47,647 bases of DNA from Octopus bimaculoides (GCF_001194135.2 NC_068992.1:45473727-45521373); one strand, 5' to 3'; positions 11,974 to 25,220 are shown, numbered from the stretch's first letter. Notes: generated from the letters alone by a model not told the origin. Translations and numbers: made by a program.

Positions 11974-13184
11974 TACTCAGCATGTGTTCTTATTTGATCC
12001 GTCCGTTGAGATCAAATACTTTCTTCATTTTTCTGGCATTAAAAAATAACATCCAAATATCGAACTAATAACAGTTAAGTCCCTGAGTTAGTTTTAATCG
12101 ATAAATATTGATATTTGGAGGAATCTAAGCATAAGTGAGGGAATACAAATACATGAAGTCTCTTATGCAACAAGTAAAATATCTATAAATGTAAACACAC
12201 AAGCATATAAAATACATAAACTCCTCGTCTGTTAGTTGAGTTAGAGATTTGAATGTTGCTAATTAAGTACATGACTTCTCCAAGGGTAATACTGACATAT
12301 CGTATCTAAAACGACTTGAAATCAGCGATGAAATCACGTCCCTTAGTCGGGTTGATGAGACCTTAACTTATGTATACGGCAAACATCGCTTAGAGGACGA
12401 TCTTATTTCCTTTTCATTGTTTTGCATAATCGAAAACAGAAAGAATAAAATGTTCTTCAGTAATGGCATTATTGTGATTAATTAAATTATTTAAATATTG
12501 ATAATGTTTTAAATAATATAATGATGACCGAAAGCAATGAAACTAATTTAAACACGACCTAAGTCGTGCTTATTTCATTTTACCCCAGATATTTGATTTA
12601 CAATATCAAAATAGGCTTAAATTATTTAGTTCACATCTAATGAAAATGTTTGCCACATTAACGATAATAATAAAACTCTGTCGAGTTATAGTCCATTAAT
12701 AGTTAATGTAACATCAACAATGTCTGTCTTATTTAAATGATGGAAGAGGGAAAGATAAATGCTTGACATGGTGTAACGATTTTATATTTCTTCTAGTTGA
12801 AGGAAGTTAGTCCCATAGCTTTTCTTAGGTTTACAGAAAAATGCTATATATACATATTACGTATTGATAAGGATCACGTGAAGATGACGCTGGTGGTATG
12901 GTGCGGATGGTGGTGGTATGGTGTTGTTGATACTGGTGACGTTGGCGTTGAGGTTGATAGTTTCAGTGTTGATAAAACTTTTGTTAAAGAGTTTGTAGTG
13001 AAGTATTTTTAACAGTTATAAATAATTTAGTGATTTGAGACTTATATGTATAGTCTAATAGAACATGTTGGAGATGAGACTCTACAAAATATAAACTGTA
13101 ACAGTTCTATCATTAAATAGTAACAAAACAACTCATTTGTTATTTTTAGTTTGCTGCTCCTTTAGTGGTTTCATAGTTCCAATG

Positions 13185-13391
13185 AATTTCAAATTTTGGC
13201 ATAAGGATAGCAAGTGTCATAGCGGTGGGGTGGCTAGTCGATTGCATCGACCCCAGTGCTCAACTGGTACTTATTTTATCGACCAAGAAAAGATGAAAAG
13301 TAAAATAGACCTCAACGGAATTTGAATTCAGAACGTACGAAATACCACAAAGCATTTTGCCAGACGTATTAACAATCCTGCCAGCTCACCG
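13185..13391 (-). mobile_element. tRNA-derived SINE family A
   Basis: tcgaccccagtgctcaactggtactta...gaatttgaattcagaacgt...aagcattttgcc...ctgccagctcacc is the reverse complement of the family A body and head. Confidence 0.75.
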
Positions 13392-15574
13392 TCTTTACTA
13401 GGCCTGGAAATATTACAACAATGTTCTGCACAAGTGAAACAAATCAGCTTCAATAATTTCAACTGAGATTTTAGCATCCATAGGAGGTTGATCCTTTCAA
13501 AAGACATGTTTAAGGAACATAGGGCTTTCTTTACTGTATTTAATCGATACTATCAGTCTGGTTGTCAATTATTAAGTCGCTTAATTTTCTTATTAAACAT
13601 ATTGAGTGTTTGAAGCAAATATAATCTAGCTTAGATCTGAATTAGTAAATTTACTAAGTTTTTTTTTGTTTAACTAAATAAATATATTTTCTTAGAATTT
13701 TCCTAAAAATGTTCTCAATAGTACAAACAATGACAACAAGAAAGCTGGTGTTAATTTACAGAAATTTAGCAACAGTTTAATCATGCTATGTAGCCAATTA
13801 ATGAATATTGCAAATTTACAATCAAAGCTTACTTTTTTTATTTTATAGTTATTTTATTAATTATATGTATGTCATTAGATATATTTTAATAAATCTTTAA
13901 CCGTCCTTTGAACTTTGTAAATTAGTTGTATTTTAATAGGCTCCGAAACTGTAAAATGTGCATCTTAATTTGACAGCTCGTTCATCTTCTACGTTAGAAG
14001 TTTTGTATTCTTACCTTAAATTTATCTTCCAATACAAATCTAATATTATTTTAAAGTATATTAAACCAAATAATTTCAATCATCTAGGATAAATCTTCTT
14101 CAATTTACTGATAATAATTCATTGGCGTCAAACGGATGCATGCAAGATTGTTCATTAATTTCGATAGCTTTATTTTCAATAAAGATAATGGCTATTGTAC
14201 AGAATTCTCTGACTGAATTAATGATGTATCCGTTTGAAGGAATAATTTACAGCCTGTATACAAATGTTAACTAGTAACATCTTAAAAGAGAGCAGCGAGA
14301 AGCAGCTAACAAGACATGTACGACTATAAAGGTAGAGTTTTGTATGCATGTGATATTAAGAAAGGAAATCTTCGGAAATTCCTACCAGTAGTTTGTAATA
14401 TCAATTATCACAGATTCTTATTCAGGGAGACAAGGGAATTATCATTCACAATACTATACATAGGCCTAAAGGATTCAGGATCGCATGTGGATATTAAGAA
14501 TGACACAAAAGCCAAACCATTATGATAAGATAATTGATCTCGTAATTAAGGTCACAATTGATTTGTAAAGGCATATTCCAATCTGAATTTGAGTCTCTAT
14601 CAACTCGACTCTGTTAGCTTCAGAGAAGAAAACATTTTCTGAGAGAATAAGATATATGTATACTTGGCAAATATAAGGTAGAAAAGTTTGATGAATTGTG
14701 ATGAAAAATGAATTGTTCATGAAATAATTTGATTTATAAGAATATTAAATTGATTTTCTTATAAATTATACACGAATAAATAATGAAGAAACATTGCCAA
14801 AACAGAGTCTTTGAAGCTGTATACTGCAGGAATATCAATTTAGAGATCGAAAAGCAGTGTACGAATGGTGATATTGAATACATCTGTACACGTGGCTGCG
14901 TTTGTGTTAAAATACAGGAGACGGCGTTGTAAATGTTATCGACTGATGTAGTAGTGGAAGTTGGCGCTTAATATTTCCGACTCAGCAATACAAGACAAAT
15001 ACAGATATGTCTTATGAAGGTAATATGTAGTGCAATATAAATGGATACTAATAATATATATGGGTTACATCATTTCAAAACATGTTTTCCTGTTATGCTG
15101 AGGAAGAGATAAGTATGTTCCGAAATGATGTAACCCAGATAATAAAGTGCCGGTCTATCTTGCTTCCATCTAATTCACGAATTCGAATTTGGTGTTAACA
15201 AAGAAACAATACTACACATGAGATGGTTCAATTGCGTATGCAAGAAGGGAGGTGAAGAAATTTCGAAGGGGGAAAATTAAAATCGTGATTCAAGACTTTT
15301 TAATAGTACTTCGAGATCAGTTCATTCGAAAAATTTGAATGATATCGGGATAGGATTCACCAAGACTAATTTTTTTTTACTAATAAAGTTTATTAGGTAA
15401 AAGATTAAATTTAATGAAGAATTATTCTCCCATATCATACATCACTAATAATAATGTGCTGTAACACAGAAACAAATTTTTTCATAGGAAGGTATTATAA
15501 AAATATGAGGTAGTGCCCTGTTTTCTTTAATGCGGTATACTGAAATCTAATATCCATTTTGCTTGTATGTATAG

Positions 15575-15636
15575 ATTAATTCAATGCTTGACCTGTATCA
15601 AAACTACTATCATCAAGCATCGACTCAGGTGCACAG
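15575..15636 (+). other. Candidate 62-nt exon
   Basis: tatccattttgcttgtatgtatag|ATTAATTC...GTGCACAG|gtaatt. Frame 0 gives INSMLDLYQNYYHQASTQVH. No homology recognised. Confidence 0.22.
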
Positions 15637-16232
15637 GTAATTCAGGGTGTATGTGTGTCAACACACTTCCCAGCCAACTACGAAGGCGTCAAACTGCCAA
15701 CGTAGGCAAAAGAAACTGGAAATTCAACATTTTGACGCCAAATAATCTTGACTGTTACAGAAATATTTTAATAAAAGGGCAAAGGACAAGGATAGAAGTC
15801 TAGAATCTTTAGCTATGCTCACCTCCGTAAGTTATGTCAGCATGTGTGGTTAAATGTTTCATAAGAATTGTACTTCTTGGTCACCAGAAATACTGACATA
15901 ACAAACGAGATTGGGATTGAAGTAAACTATACTCATAAACAACGAATAATTCTCCCCGTCGCCATTGTTGCCATCAGCGATTATTACGAAGACGACGTAA
16001 AACTAATGATACAGCCTCGATTTATTTATGATGGCCTGAAACTATTTATTGGGATGCACTTTTGCAAGTATTGTTTCCATTAAGTTGAATTGAATTGTAA
16101 TGCGTAGAATTCATTTGGGTCTTATAATTTTTGTCTTCTTCCACTTCTTAAATGCAAAAGATACACCTTCATTCTTTACAGTATGTCAAATATATCATTT
16201 TCCCTCATTTTCCCACATTTTCTTTCTCTCTA

Positions 16233-16387
16233 CACACCACACACACACACACACACATACACACGCCCACACACACACACACACACACACGCACACACAC
16301 ATATATATATATATATTTATACATGTATATATGTATATATATGCGTTTGTATTTAGGTATGTACGTACATACGTGTATACATGTATG

Positions 16388-16460
<73 letters not shown>
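16233..16460. repeat. Compound (CA)n/(TA)n microsatellite block
   Basis: Directly visible; source of the HT/YI/CV-repeat ORFs. Confidence 0.95.
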
Positions 16461-16463
<3 letters not shown>

Positions 16464-18199
16464 TATACAAGCACATACACGCACGTTTGCTTTCCTCTTT
16501 TCTCTTAATCATAATCTGTTTCCATGTCTCCTCTGTCTTTTTCTAACGACTTCTCCCTTAAATCTTAGATATCATATCTCCGATTTTCTTTATTTCTCAT
16601 GCTGTTTTTATCTCGATCAGTATCTTTATCTTCCCCTCTATACCGCTGTTATTTTATTACACTACCTCCCTAATTCCGCATCTACCGTTACCACTCATCA
16701 ACACTCACAGATTTGCATATAAACGTAATGCGTAGGCATATATGCCCAAATATATACATGCATACATTCATGGATACGAAACGCATATTTTATTGAAGTG
16801 GAAGATTAAGAATCCTTCAAGGAATTTCGTTATAAAGCAATCATCATATATCCCATTAAAATCATAGACCACTCTCTGCTGCTCTATATTAATAAATGCG
16901 AAATAATTAAACATTATTTCTCTTCTAGTCCACTAGATTTTATGATCGTAGTGCCTGTAGATCAATATAGATAGTGAAGTGTTGAACAATGCCACACGGG
17001 TTTCTTAGCCTTCATATAACGGCAATAACTTTTGAGGTCGTTTCTAATGAGTTCCATAATTCCATTATCGCATTTGCAGCGATTATCACAGCTTCAAATG
17101 CTTGTCATACATCAAGAATAAATGGGATTAATGAAAACAAGTCTGTAGAAAGGAACTCCCTTCGAAAACTTAATATATAGGTTTAAAGAAGAATTTCTAA
17201 AGCGAATATAAGTAATATATTTTCAGGATAACTTTTTGCTTACACTCAAGATTCACCTGATAGAAAAATTCCTTTGTGCGAATCCAAGACCATAGCGTTT
17301 TGGTTGGAGAAACTTGCTTTTATGGGCTCAGTAGAAATGATTACTTCTACGAGAAATGACAAGACAATTGCTATCGTGATTTATAAATATCGGTACTTTA
17401 GTTGAGTAGTAAACGTCAAAGATATTCCTGAATACAAGAATGGCATTAAGGAAGGTGGTAATTCTGACAGAGGTGTGAAGATATAGACAGATTCAAAGAG
17501 ATGGGGAGAGAGAAGTTAACAAATATTAGAGAGGAATGTGAAGTAAAAGAGAGAGAAAGTGTGTGGGAGGGAGAAAAGCTGAAGAGGATAGACTATATTA
17601 GAATGTATGATGTAAACTTAAGAACATAGGGAGAATATATTGAGAGATGAAAAAGAGTTACATACCGACAGATAAAGGTCAGAGGGATGTGTGTATGAGA
17701 GAGTGAGAGAGAGAAGGAAAGAAAGAGAGAACGAAAAAAAAAAGAAAGAAAAGACATAGAAAGGGAGAGAGAATAAAAAGAGAATCCAATAAAGAAAGAA
17801 CGTGGTAGATAAGAAGGTGCAAATAGCCAGTGGAGTATTGAAAGATTATATTGAGAGCCGTGACAAGAAAGACGGTAAGAGTTACAGGGGTGGAAGTCTT
17901 GATAGAAAGATGTTTATATATATATATATATATATATGCATACATATAAACCCACACAGGCACTGATATATAATTCGAGTCAAAATGAAACGATGACGAT
18001 ATGAATAGCTACTAACAGTGAAGAACAATAAGTCATGGGATACAAAATCAGAGAACCGTTGGTGCTTTTAAGTCTGGAAACTTAACTCCATGGAACTACT
18101 CCTCTGGATATACCACTGATTCTAAACATCTGTGAAGTAGTGGACATTGCAAAAGAAAATTATTAGAACCTGCAAGAAAGAAACATAGTCTGCTATTGC

Positions 18200-18313
18200 C
18201 CACCCACTAAGCTAGGGGTGCGTAAACAAACAAGTACCGGTTGTCAAGCATTTCTAAGGGCCAAGCACAAATACAAACACACACATAGATGCACACACAC
18301 ACAGACACACACA

Positions 18314-18395
<82 letters not shown>

Positions 18396-18570
18396 CACAC
18401 ACACACTCATACACACGCAAACTCATAAGTACGACAAAGTTCTTTCAGTTTTCCTCAATAGGTCTTGGTCAGCCCGGTGCAAAAGAAGATATTTTTTCAA
18501 AGTATTACGCAGAGGGACTGAACCCGGGACCACATGGTTGGGAAGTAAACTTCTTTCGACATACACACGC
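18200..18570 (-). mobile_element. tRNA-derived SINE, local family B, with internal (CA)n
   Basis: gggactgaacccgggaccacatggttgggaag (reverse complement of a tRNA-like head), ttctttcagtttt, a central (CA)n, and ccggttgtcaagc (reverse complement of gcttgacaaccgg seen in plus-strand copies). Confidence 0.7.
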
Positions 18571-20282
18571 CTATTTGTATGCAAGTGTGTGTGTGTGCGT
18601 CTGTGTGAGCGCGTACGTATATTTGCGTGAGCGTGTGTGTGTGTGCATGTGTTTGTGTGCGCGTGTGTGTGTGTTTGTGTGTGAGCCTAAACCTTGTACT
18701 CAAAACAAAAAGACCAATAAGAATATTACATCTAATACATCTTTACATATGTCATTAGATGTCTACAAAGCAATATTTACTTCTTCATGTCTAACTTTCG
18801 TACAACATCTCTGCATCCACCATTTTGTTAACTAAAGCCACCATTAAAGCTGCCATCACCTCTCTGCCTTACTGCATTACATTTTTTTTTATCCATTAAA
18901 ATATCTGTACATTGTCAAAAATTATCCGTAGTCTTACTACTATATCTCTCTGCAGATACCAATAACATTATTATAGCTGAAATCATACTTCTATAAACAG
19001 CCACTACAAACATAACGTTCTGCGTTACAATATCCCTATAAAAATACATACGGATAGTTATATCAGTTGTATAGGGTTATACTAAAATACTAAAATACCA
19101 TCCTGTGACTACTACTATCGCAACAACTTCAGTAAATCTACTATAGCACAACTGCAGTCAAACACGCTACAGCCACTACCTGCACGCAATCATAAATACC
19201 CTTTCCTTATTTCCTTTCAGATAATTGTAGTAGGGGCTAATCGGCACATTATAACTCCTAACCGTTAAAGAAGACCGTTGAACTGGTGAAAGGCAGCTTC
19301 TACAAGCTATGATTTGTATGCCATGGACGAGCAATGAAGTCTTTGCGCGTTTATCAGACTTGTTAGAAATAACAGCTAAATACCTTTTAATATTAATTAC
19401 AGAAGTAAGTAAAGCATATAACCGTTAATACACGGAAAGAAGTTATGGTTGCGACTGAAATAAGTTCAATCATAACACTACTCGATTATGATAGGTCTGG
19501 AGTTAAATGCCAATAACTTCTGGCTATTTTTCTGAAACGTCGACACTTTAATCAAATGCTACATATCCACAGTATAAAATTTATTGGTCCATTCTGCTCT
19601 TTGCTAAAGGTTTCTATCGTTACGTGAAGACATTACAGAGTAAAAGATGGCGATTACACTGAAGATGTATTTCTAGGCAGTTTTGATAGAGAATGGCAGA
19701 GTTAAGAATTGTTGTTTACTATGAGAATGGCATTGTTTCGCTGAGAGATTTATAGGCCGAAAAGCTAGAATTGATATAAACAATATAATGTTAATAATAA
19801 CAAGTGTAGCAAGTAAAAACCAACATTTAACTCTACCGAAACAGAACGTCAAATATTCTAAATAAATCCTAAGATTTATAAGAATATTTTAACACATCAT
19901 GGTAAGAGATTTGACTTACAGCAGTAGAAAGGAAAGCTATCATAATATATTCTTTGTTCCAATTTATACTGTTGCAACCATAGGAAATACTTTTCACTGT
20001 TTACAGCCTACAATGTAATTCCTACTGCGTCTTTTCGCTTTAGGTTTGAAATGAAATAATCCAAGAATGTGGCCGCTGGAGAAAGCTAGATCAATACATT
20101 ATCATACTCATAACATTTTAATGTTTGCATTTGTACAGGTTCTGATTTCGGATTTAACTAAAGCCAATTTTACGTTTCACAGCGGATGAATCAATACTAG
20201 TTGAAAACTCCTTTAACAAAGGGAACGAATTTTGTAATTATGTTAGAAACATCGATTACAAGCAATACCCTTTAAAGAATTC

Positions 20283-20284
<2 letters not shown>

Positions 20285-20352
<68 letters not shown>
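20285..20352. repeat. (TG)n microsatellite
   Basis: Directly visible. Confidence 0.95.
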
Positions 20353-20354
<2 letters not shown>

Positions 20355-20425
20355 TGTGTTCATATGCATATATATAAACTAGTGAATATATACTATAAGC
20401 TTTGCCAGCAATCTTCATCTTTCAC

Positions 20426-20498
<73 letters not shown>

Positions 20499-20745
20499 AT
20501 ATGGTTGACTTACGCTTTGTATTTGTACAAGTTGGCTCCAAGTCTCATTCAGGGATCCCAAGAGACAACAAGTTAGAAGTTCATGTTGGTGTTATACCTA
20601 CAATGTCATATATTTGGTTTTGTACATAGTGTTGTTCTAGAGAATGTTTAAGAAACCATAAGAAAAGCATGAGTTTGTTTTAAAATTTGAGATTACATAG
20701 ACAGTATTTTACGTAGGATATGGGCAGTTCCCATGAGCACTGTTT
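20426..20745 (-). mobile_element. R4/Dong-clade non-LTR retrotransposon 3' end with (AAC)n(AAT)n tail
   Basis: Minus strand 20743-20693 encodes TVLMGTAHILRKILSM*, the typical R4/Dong ORF C-terminus (xLGTAHILRKVLS), followed by a ~200-nt 3' UTR and the repeat tract. Confidence 0.8.
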
Positions 20746-20813
20746 ATGTATGTATGTAAATATATATATATATATNNNNNNNNNNATAATATATATGTGT
20801 ATGTATATATGTG

Positions 20814-20857
<44 letters not shown>

Positions 20858-20949
20858 TATGTATGTATGTGTGTGTGTGTGTGTGTGTGTGTGCATATTT
20901 ATATATGTTACACGGTGGCTACACGAAATTCAACTCTATATTTTAAAGA

Positions 20950-21290
20950 ATGTCTTCGGACAGACCAAAGCTTCGTGAGTGAATTTGGTAGACAGAAACT
21001 GAAAAAAGCCTGTCATATACATACATACATACATATATACATACACACACACACATATAATATTTTTATGCGTGTGTGTTTGTGTATCTGTCCCACCACC
21101 ACCACCACCACCTTTGTCTGACAACCGATGATGGTGTGTTTGCGGCCTCGTAACTTAGCTGTTCGGCAGAAGAGACTGACAGAGTAAGCACCGGGCTTAC
21201 AAGGAATAAGTCCAGGTGTCAATTCTTCGACTAAAGGGCGGTGCTCCAGTATGGCCACCGTCATATGACTGGAACATGTAAAGAATAAAA
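20950..21290 (+). mobile_element. SINE family B, 5'-truncated, with internal microsatellite
   Basis: gaccaaagcttcgtgagtgaatttggtagacagaaactgaaa...gacaaccgatgatggtgtgttt...gtaacttagctgttcggc...ggcggtgctccagtatggcc...aagaataaaa. Confidence 0.8.
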
Positions 21291-21424
21291 CAGTACCAGG
21301 AGAACTTTCCGTACCACTAAACCAAGAAGGTTCTTTGAATACGTACGATGTGTTTTAAGGTTAAATAGTAATCCTGTTTACGTTTGCGTAACTGAGATAT
21401 TTCGACTGGATTATGTAGTTATCG

Positions 21425-21770
21425 GTTTTACACGCCTCAGCTTGCTTCCCTCTATCTTTTGTTCTGGCCAAGGTTGCTGTAGAAAAATGCCTTTAACATT
21501 CTTGATTTGTGAACATGTGAGACATGGCAAGCTCATCTAAGCTGCTTGAGCAGCAGCATGGTTTTCAGCTCTGCGAATCTTGGCCAGCTGGGAGACTTTC
21601 TTTGTTGATGTTGGGACCTTCTGATGAAATATCCATGATGGAGCGAAATTATCTCCGGTGGGTGCCTTCCAACATGCTTTCCTGCTTCTGACACATAGAG
21701 GCGTGGAGATGACAACTATATCACAGGTTTCGGTCTTCGTGGACAGATGCTGCACACGTTTCTGTATTTG
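21425..21770 (-). mobile_element. RTE-clade LINE, RT C-terminal fragment
   Basis: Minus strand gives ELKTMLLLKQLR*ACHVSHVHKSRMLKAFFYSNLGQNKR, matching the RTE/BovB pattern EAMLLKxQLRWAGHVxRMxDxRxPKxxFYSEL. Confidence 0.75.
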
Positions 21771-22892
21771 TTGTTGTTAGTATCTTTGCCACAGAGTTAT
21801 TTGTAACAATAACTGACATATTCTGAGTGTATACATGCATACACATACCCACGCGCACACACACATATACGTACAAGCATATATACAGACACTAGCGCAG
21901 GCACACATACACACACACATAAACATATATGTACACACAGACACACCCGCACACACACACACACATACACACACACACACACATACACACTCAAATGATA
22001 TCGGTTTGAGTTTGTGCTTTTGTGTATCTCTGTCAGCCTATGCTGTTACTTCACTAATAGATCAGACGTGATTTTCTCTTTCCGCTTATATTTCAAAAGT
22101 ATTACAGTTCTCTCCCTTGACATTAGTGATAAGTAATGTAATGAACACTTCGGAATTTTCTTCCCATTCCGAGTGTAACTCAAATTGATTAGAAATTATT
22201 TCTTAGTCACCGCAATAGATATTAGTCAGCACTAAATCATACACAAGGACCCCCACTCCTTTTGTAGATATACCAGTGTTTTAATTCGTAACATCACTTG
22301 CTTCCCTCGCTCTTCTAAAAATATTAAGTACCGTAGTGATATTTTTCTCCCTTGCTAAGACATTTGAACTTTTTTCTGCAACAACGTTGTTACACGCAGT
22401 TCAGTACAACCTCATTAATTTTCATTAAGCTTCAACAGTAATCACTGCAATTGGTAATTAATGTGTTTGTCACAATTCCTTTTATTCATGTGTTCTCGTT
22501 TCAAAGGTATAATAGTGTTTCTTTTCCTACCTCTTTGTTATCGTCATATTTTGAATGGATTTCTTTTAATTATCTTTGAAGACATTCTTATGACAATATC
22601 TCCTTGTATTCATTGTGTTAGACATCATCCTTTATTGCTTTCATATGATCTAGAATCTCTACTTCTCATATATTTCGCATTTATCGAAGTTTATACAAAG
22701 TTTATGTATATGTCTGACACGCGCGCACACACACACACATGGATAACTTGTGTGTATATATTTAAGTATACAAACATATGATTATATACAGATACATACA
22801 CACTTCTACACACATGGTCACACGTGCGTCCGCACACAGACACAACCCCCTCCCCCCACACAAACATACACTCACAACACACATATATAACC

Positions 22893-22942
<50 letters not shown>

Positions 22943-23639
22943 TATGCACACATACACACTTCCACACACACACGCACACACAAACACACAGTTTGTGTAT
23001 ATATTTATATATACATATATATTATTATGCACGCATACATAACACCTATATGCACATATGAACACACGTACGTGTGCGCACACACACGCATACACATAAA
23101 AACACACACACATACGTATATGTCGACTTCATATTTTGCGGATGAATTACACTTAATACAATCCATGAATTTTTTCTTCTTTCAATCTTTTCCTGTTGCA
23201 ATAGAAGGGACAACACAAGGAAACAATAATATGACAAAGATAATACTCTGGTCGTGTGACACCTTACACTAAAGGAATTATTTAAGACTACATTCGTATT
23301 AGTTTTTCTATCTCAATAATTCCAACTAGATTCAACTAATCCTTTTAAATGTGATAATGTAACAATGAAGGTTCATGGGAAGAATGCAGTAAGAAATTGT
23401 AAGATATGAATATAAAATTATTTCATCAATACACATTGTTGCTTCACGTTTCCCATCCTTCTCTACGCTAATTGTGACACTAATAAAATGATGTCTCTCG
23501 CTTCTAACTAAAACCAATGGTTCATATATGGTCTCCCGCTGCTAACATCTTCCGCTACGGAATTTGCTGATCTAATTTAATTACATAGCTTGTTTAGCCT
23601 CGCTAATAATGTTGAAAATTAGCTTCAGTGAGGTATAGT

Positions 23640-23800
23640 TTTGATGTCTTATAATCAACATATTCCATCAATCATAATGTAAGTATCATATTTGTTTAAA
23701 CAAAGATTATAGCTTTCGCTTCTTCCCTTTAACTACGGTCGTTCAAGTGTTCAAATCCAGACGCACTTGAGTTTGGTTTTCATATTCCGTAGTCGATAAC
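23640..23800 (-). mobile_element. Penelope-like element, GIY-YIG C-terminal fragment (degenerate)
   Basis: RLRNMKTKLKCVWI*TLERP*LKGRSESYNLCLNK resembles the PLE tail KLK...IKWKIL.R...Y.GGSKSCNLCL.EK. Confidence 0.45.
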
Positions 23801-23801
23801 G

Positions 23802-23832
<31 letters not shown>

Positions 23833-23834
<2 letters not shown>

Positions 23835-24340
23835 ACAATTAGTAAGTTGTCATAATAATACTCAGAGTTTCAAATACAGGAACTAAAAGCTCCTAAGCAT
23901 TTTCATCAGTTATTAAGAACCTGATGGTTGTCAATTTCCTTGATGTATCTTTAGATTTAAATAAGAATATTTACAAACCTTGTAGAAAACTCAACGATAG
24001 ACTTAGTTATATTAATGTAGGTTCCTGCCAACCCGCTTGGTAGTTAAGAACTTCGTAAAAAATATTACTAGGAGAATTTCTAGCCTCTCCTCCGATATAA
24101 GAATATTTAATAACGTTGCCCCAATATATAATAAAGCTCCTAAATATAGTGGTTTTAAAGAGGAAATTGCTTATACACGTGTTATTAGTCCAGAAATAAA
24201 GAAAAGACTACATAGGTATAGGAAAATTATCTGGTTCACATCTCCTTACTCCCCTGAAGTGACCTTTAATAGGTAAATATTTCTTATCACTTATAGATAG
24301 GTATTTTCCAATAAATCATAGATATAGGAAACTCACAGAA
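23833..24340 (+). mobile_element. Penelope-like element, RT thumb and linker fragment
   Basis: NLMVVNFLDVSLDLNKNIYKPCRKLNDRLSYINVGS, then KNITRRISSLSSDIRIFNNVAPIYNKA...YSGFKEEIAY...RKIIWFTSPYS; typical PLE motifs are FLDVTL, RRISxLSS, IFNxxAPxY and IIWFNPPFS. Confidence 0.85.
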
Positions 24341-24534
24341 AAAAAAAACAAAAAAAAAACAATGAAGATGGCGTTTTTGTCTTAATAGCTGATGAAAATG
24401 CCTAGAAGCTTTTAGCTTCGGTATTTGAAACTCACTATTAATATGACAACTTTCTGATTGTCCTATATTATATATTTATAAATAAATTCCTCTATTTACA
24501 TAATATCGAGGTCTCATTCATTCTTTTGTTGTCA

Positions 24535-24536
<2 letters not shown>

Positions 24537-24600
<64 letters not shown>
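24537..24600. repeat. (ATT)n microsatellite
   Basis: Directly visible. Confidence 0.95.
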
Positions 24601-24602
<2 letters not shown>

Positions 24603-24605
<3 letters not shown>

Positions 24606-24800
24606 AGGAGAATTCACAAAAAACAAAAGACGAAGACAGGTGGTGTAGACAACAAACAGATGTATTAGTTTAACGCCCGGGAAATGAAAAAGACTTTCAC
24701 GCTTGGAGCCTACGCTCTTCCACAGAAAAGAACACAGAAAGAAAGAAAGAGAGAAAATAAAGAATGTGTAGTGGCTAGCGATCTGTCATGGCGAATGCCG
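24603..24800 (-). mobile_element. Probable PLE terminal (pLTR-like) repeat with a degenerate hammerhead-like motif
   Basis: Minus strand 24729-24694 reads ctttt-CTGTGGA-a-gagc-gtag-gctc-CAAGCGTG-aaag, the hammerhead layout with a decayed core. Confidence 0.45.
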
Positions 24801-24907
24801 AACAGAGGGGTCACACAGGAAAGCTAGGAAGAAAGGGTGATAAAAAGGAGTGGTGATCCCAAAAGAAAGGTGCGCATGCATGTGTATAAGAGAACATGCG
24901 TGTGGAT

Positions 24908-24988
24908 TATAGCCTCAGGCCGACCAACGACTTTTTAGTGGATTTAGTACACGGAAACTGAAAGAAGACTGTCATATATATGTGTATA

Positions 24989-25022
<34 letters not shown>

Positions 25023-25220
25023 TCTGTGTTTGTACCCCCATCATTGCTTGACAACCGATGTTGCTGTTTGTACTTTCCTATAACTTAGCGGTTCGGTAAT
25101 AAGTGTTAGAATAAGTGTTAGGCTTAGAAAGAATAAATTCTGCGGCCGATTTCTTCGAACAATGGCGGTGGTCCAGCATGGCCGCAGTCACATGACTGAA
25201 CCAAGTAAAACAATTAAAAA
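24908..25220 (+). mobile_element. SINE family B, 5'-truncated, with internal (TG)n
   Basis: tatagcctcaggccgacc...acggaaactgaaagaag...gcttgacaaccgatgttg...taacttagcggttcgg...ggcggtggtccagcatggccgcagtcacatgactgaac. Confidence 0.8.

Noticed and set aside
19221-19268. Strong acceptor ctttccttatttcctttcag followed by IIVVGANRHIITPNR*
   Set aside because: No matching donor and stops in all frames. It could be a terminal or non-coding exon, but nothing supports that.
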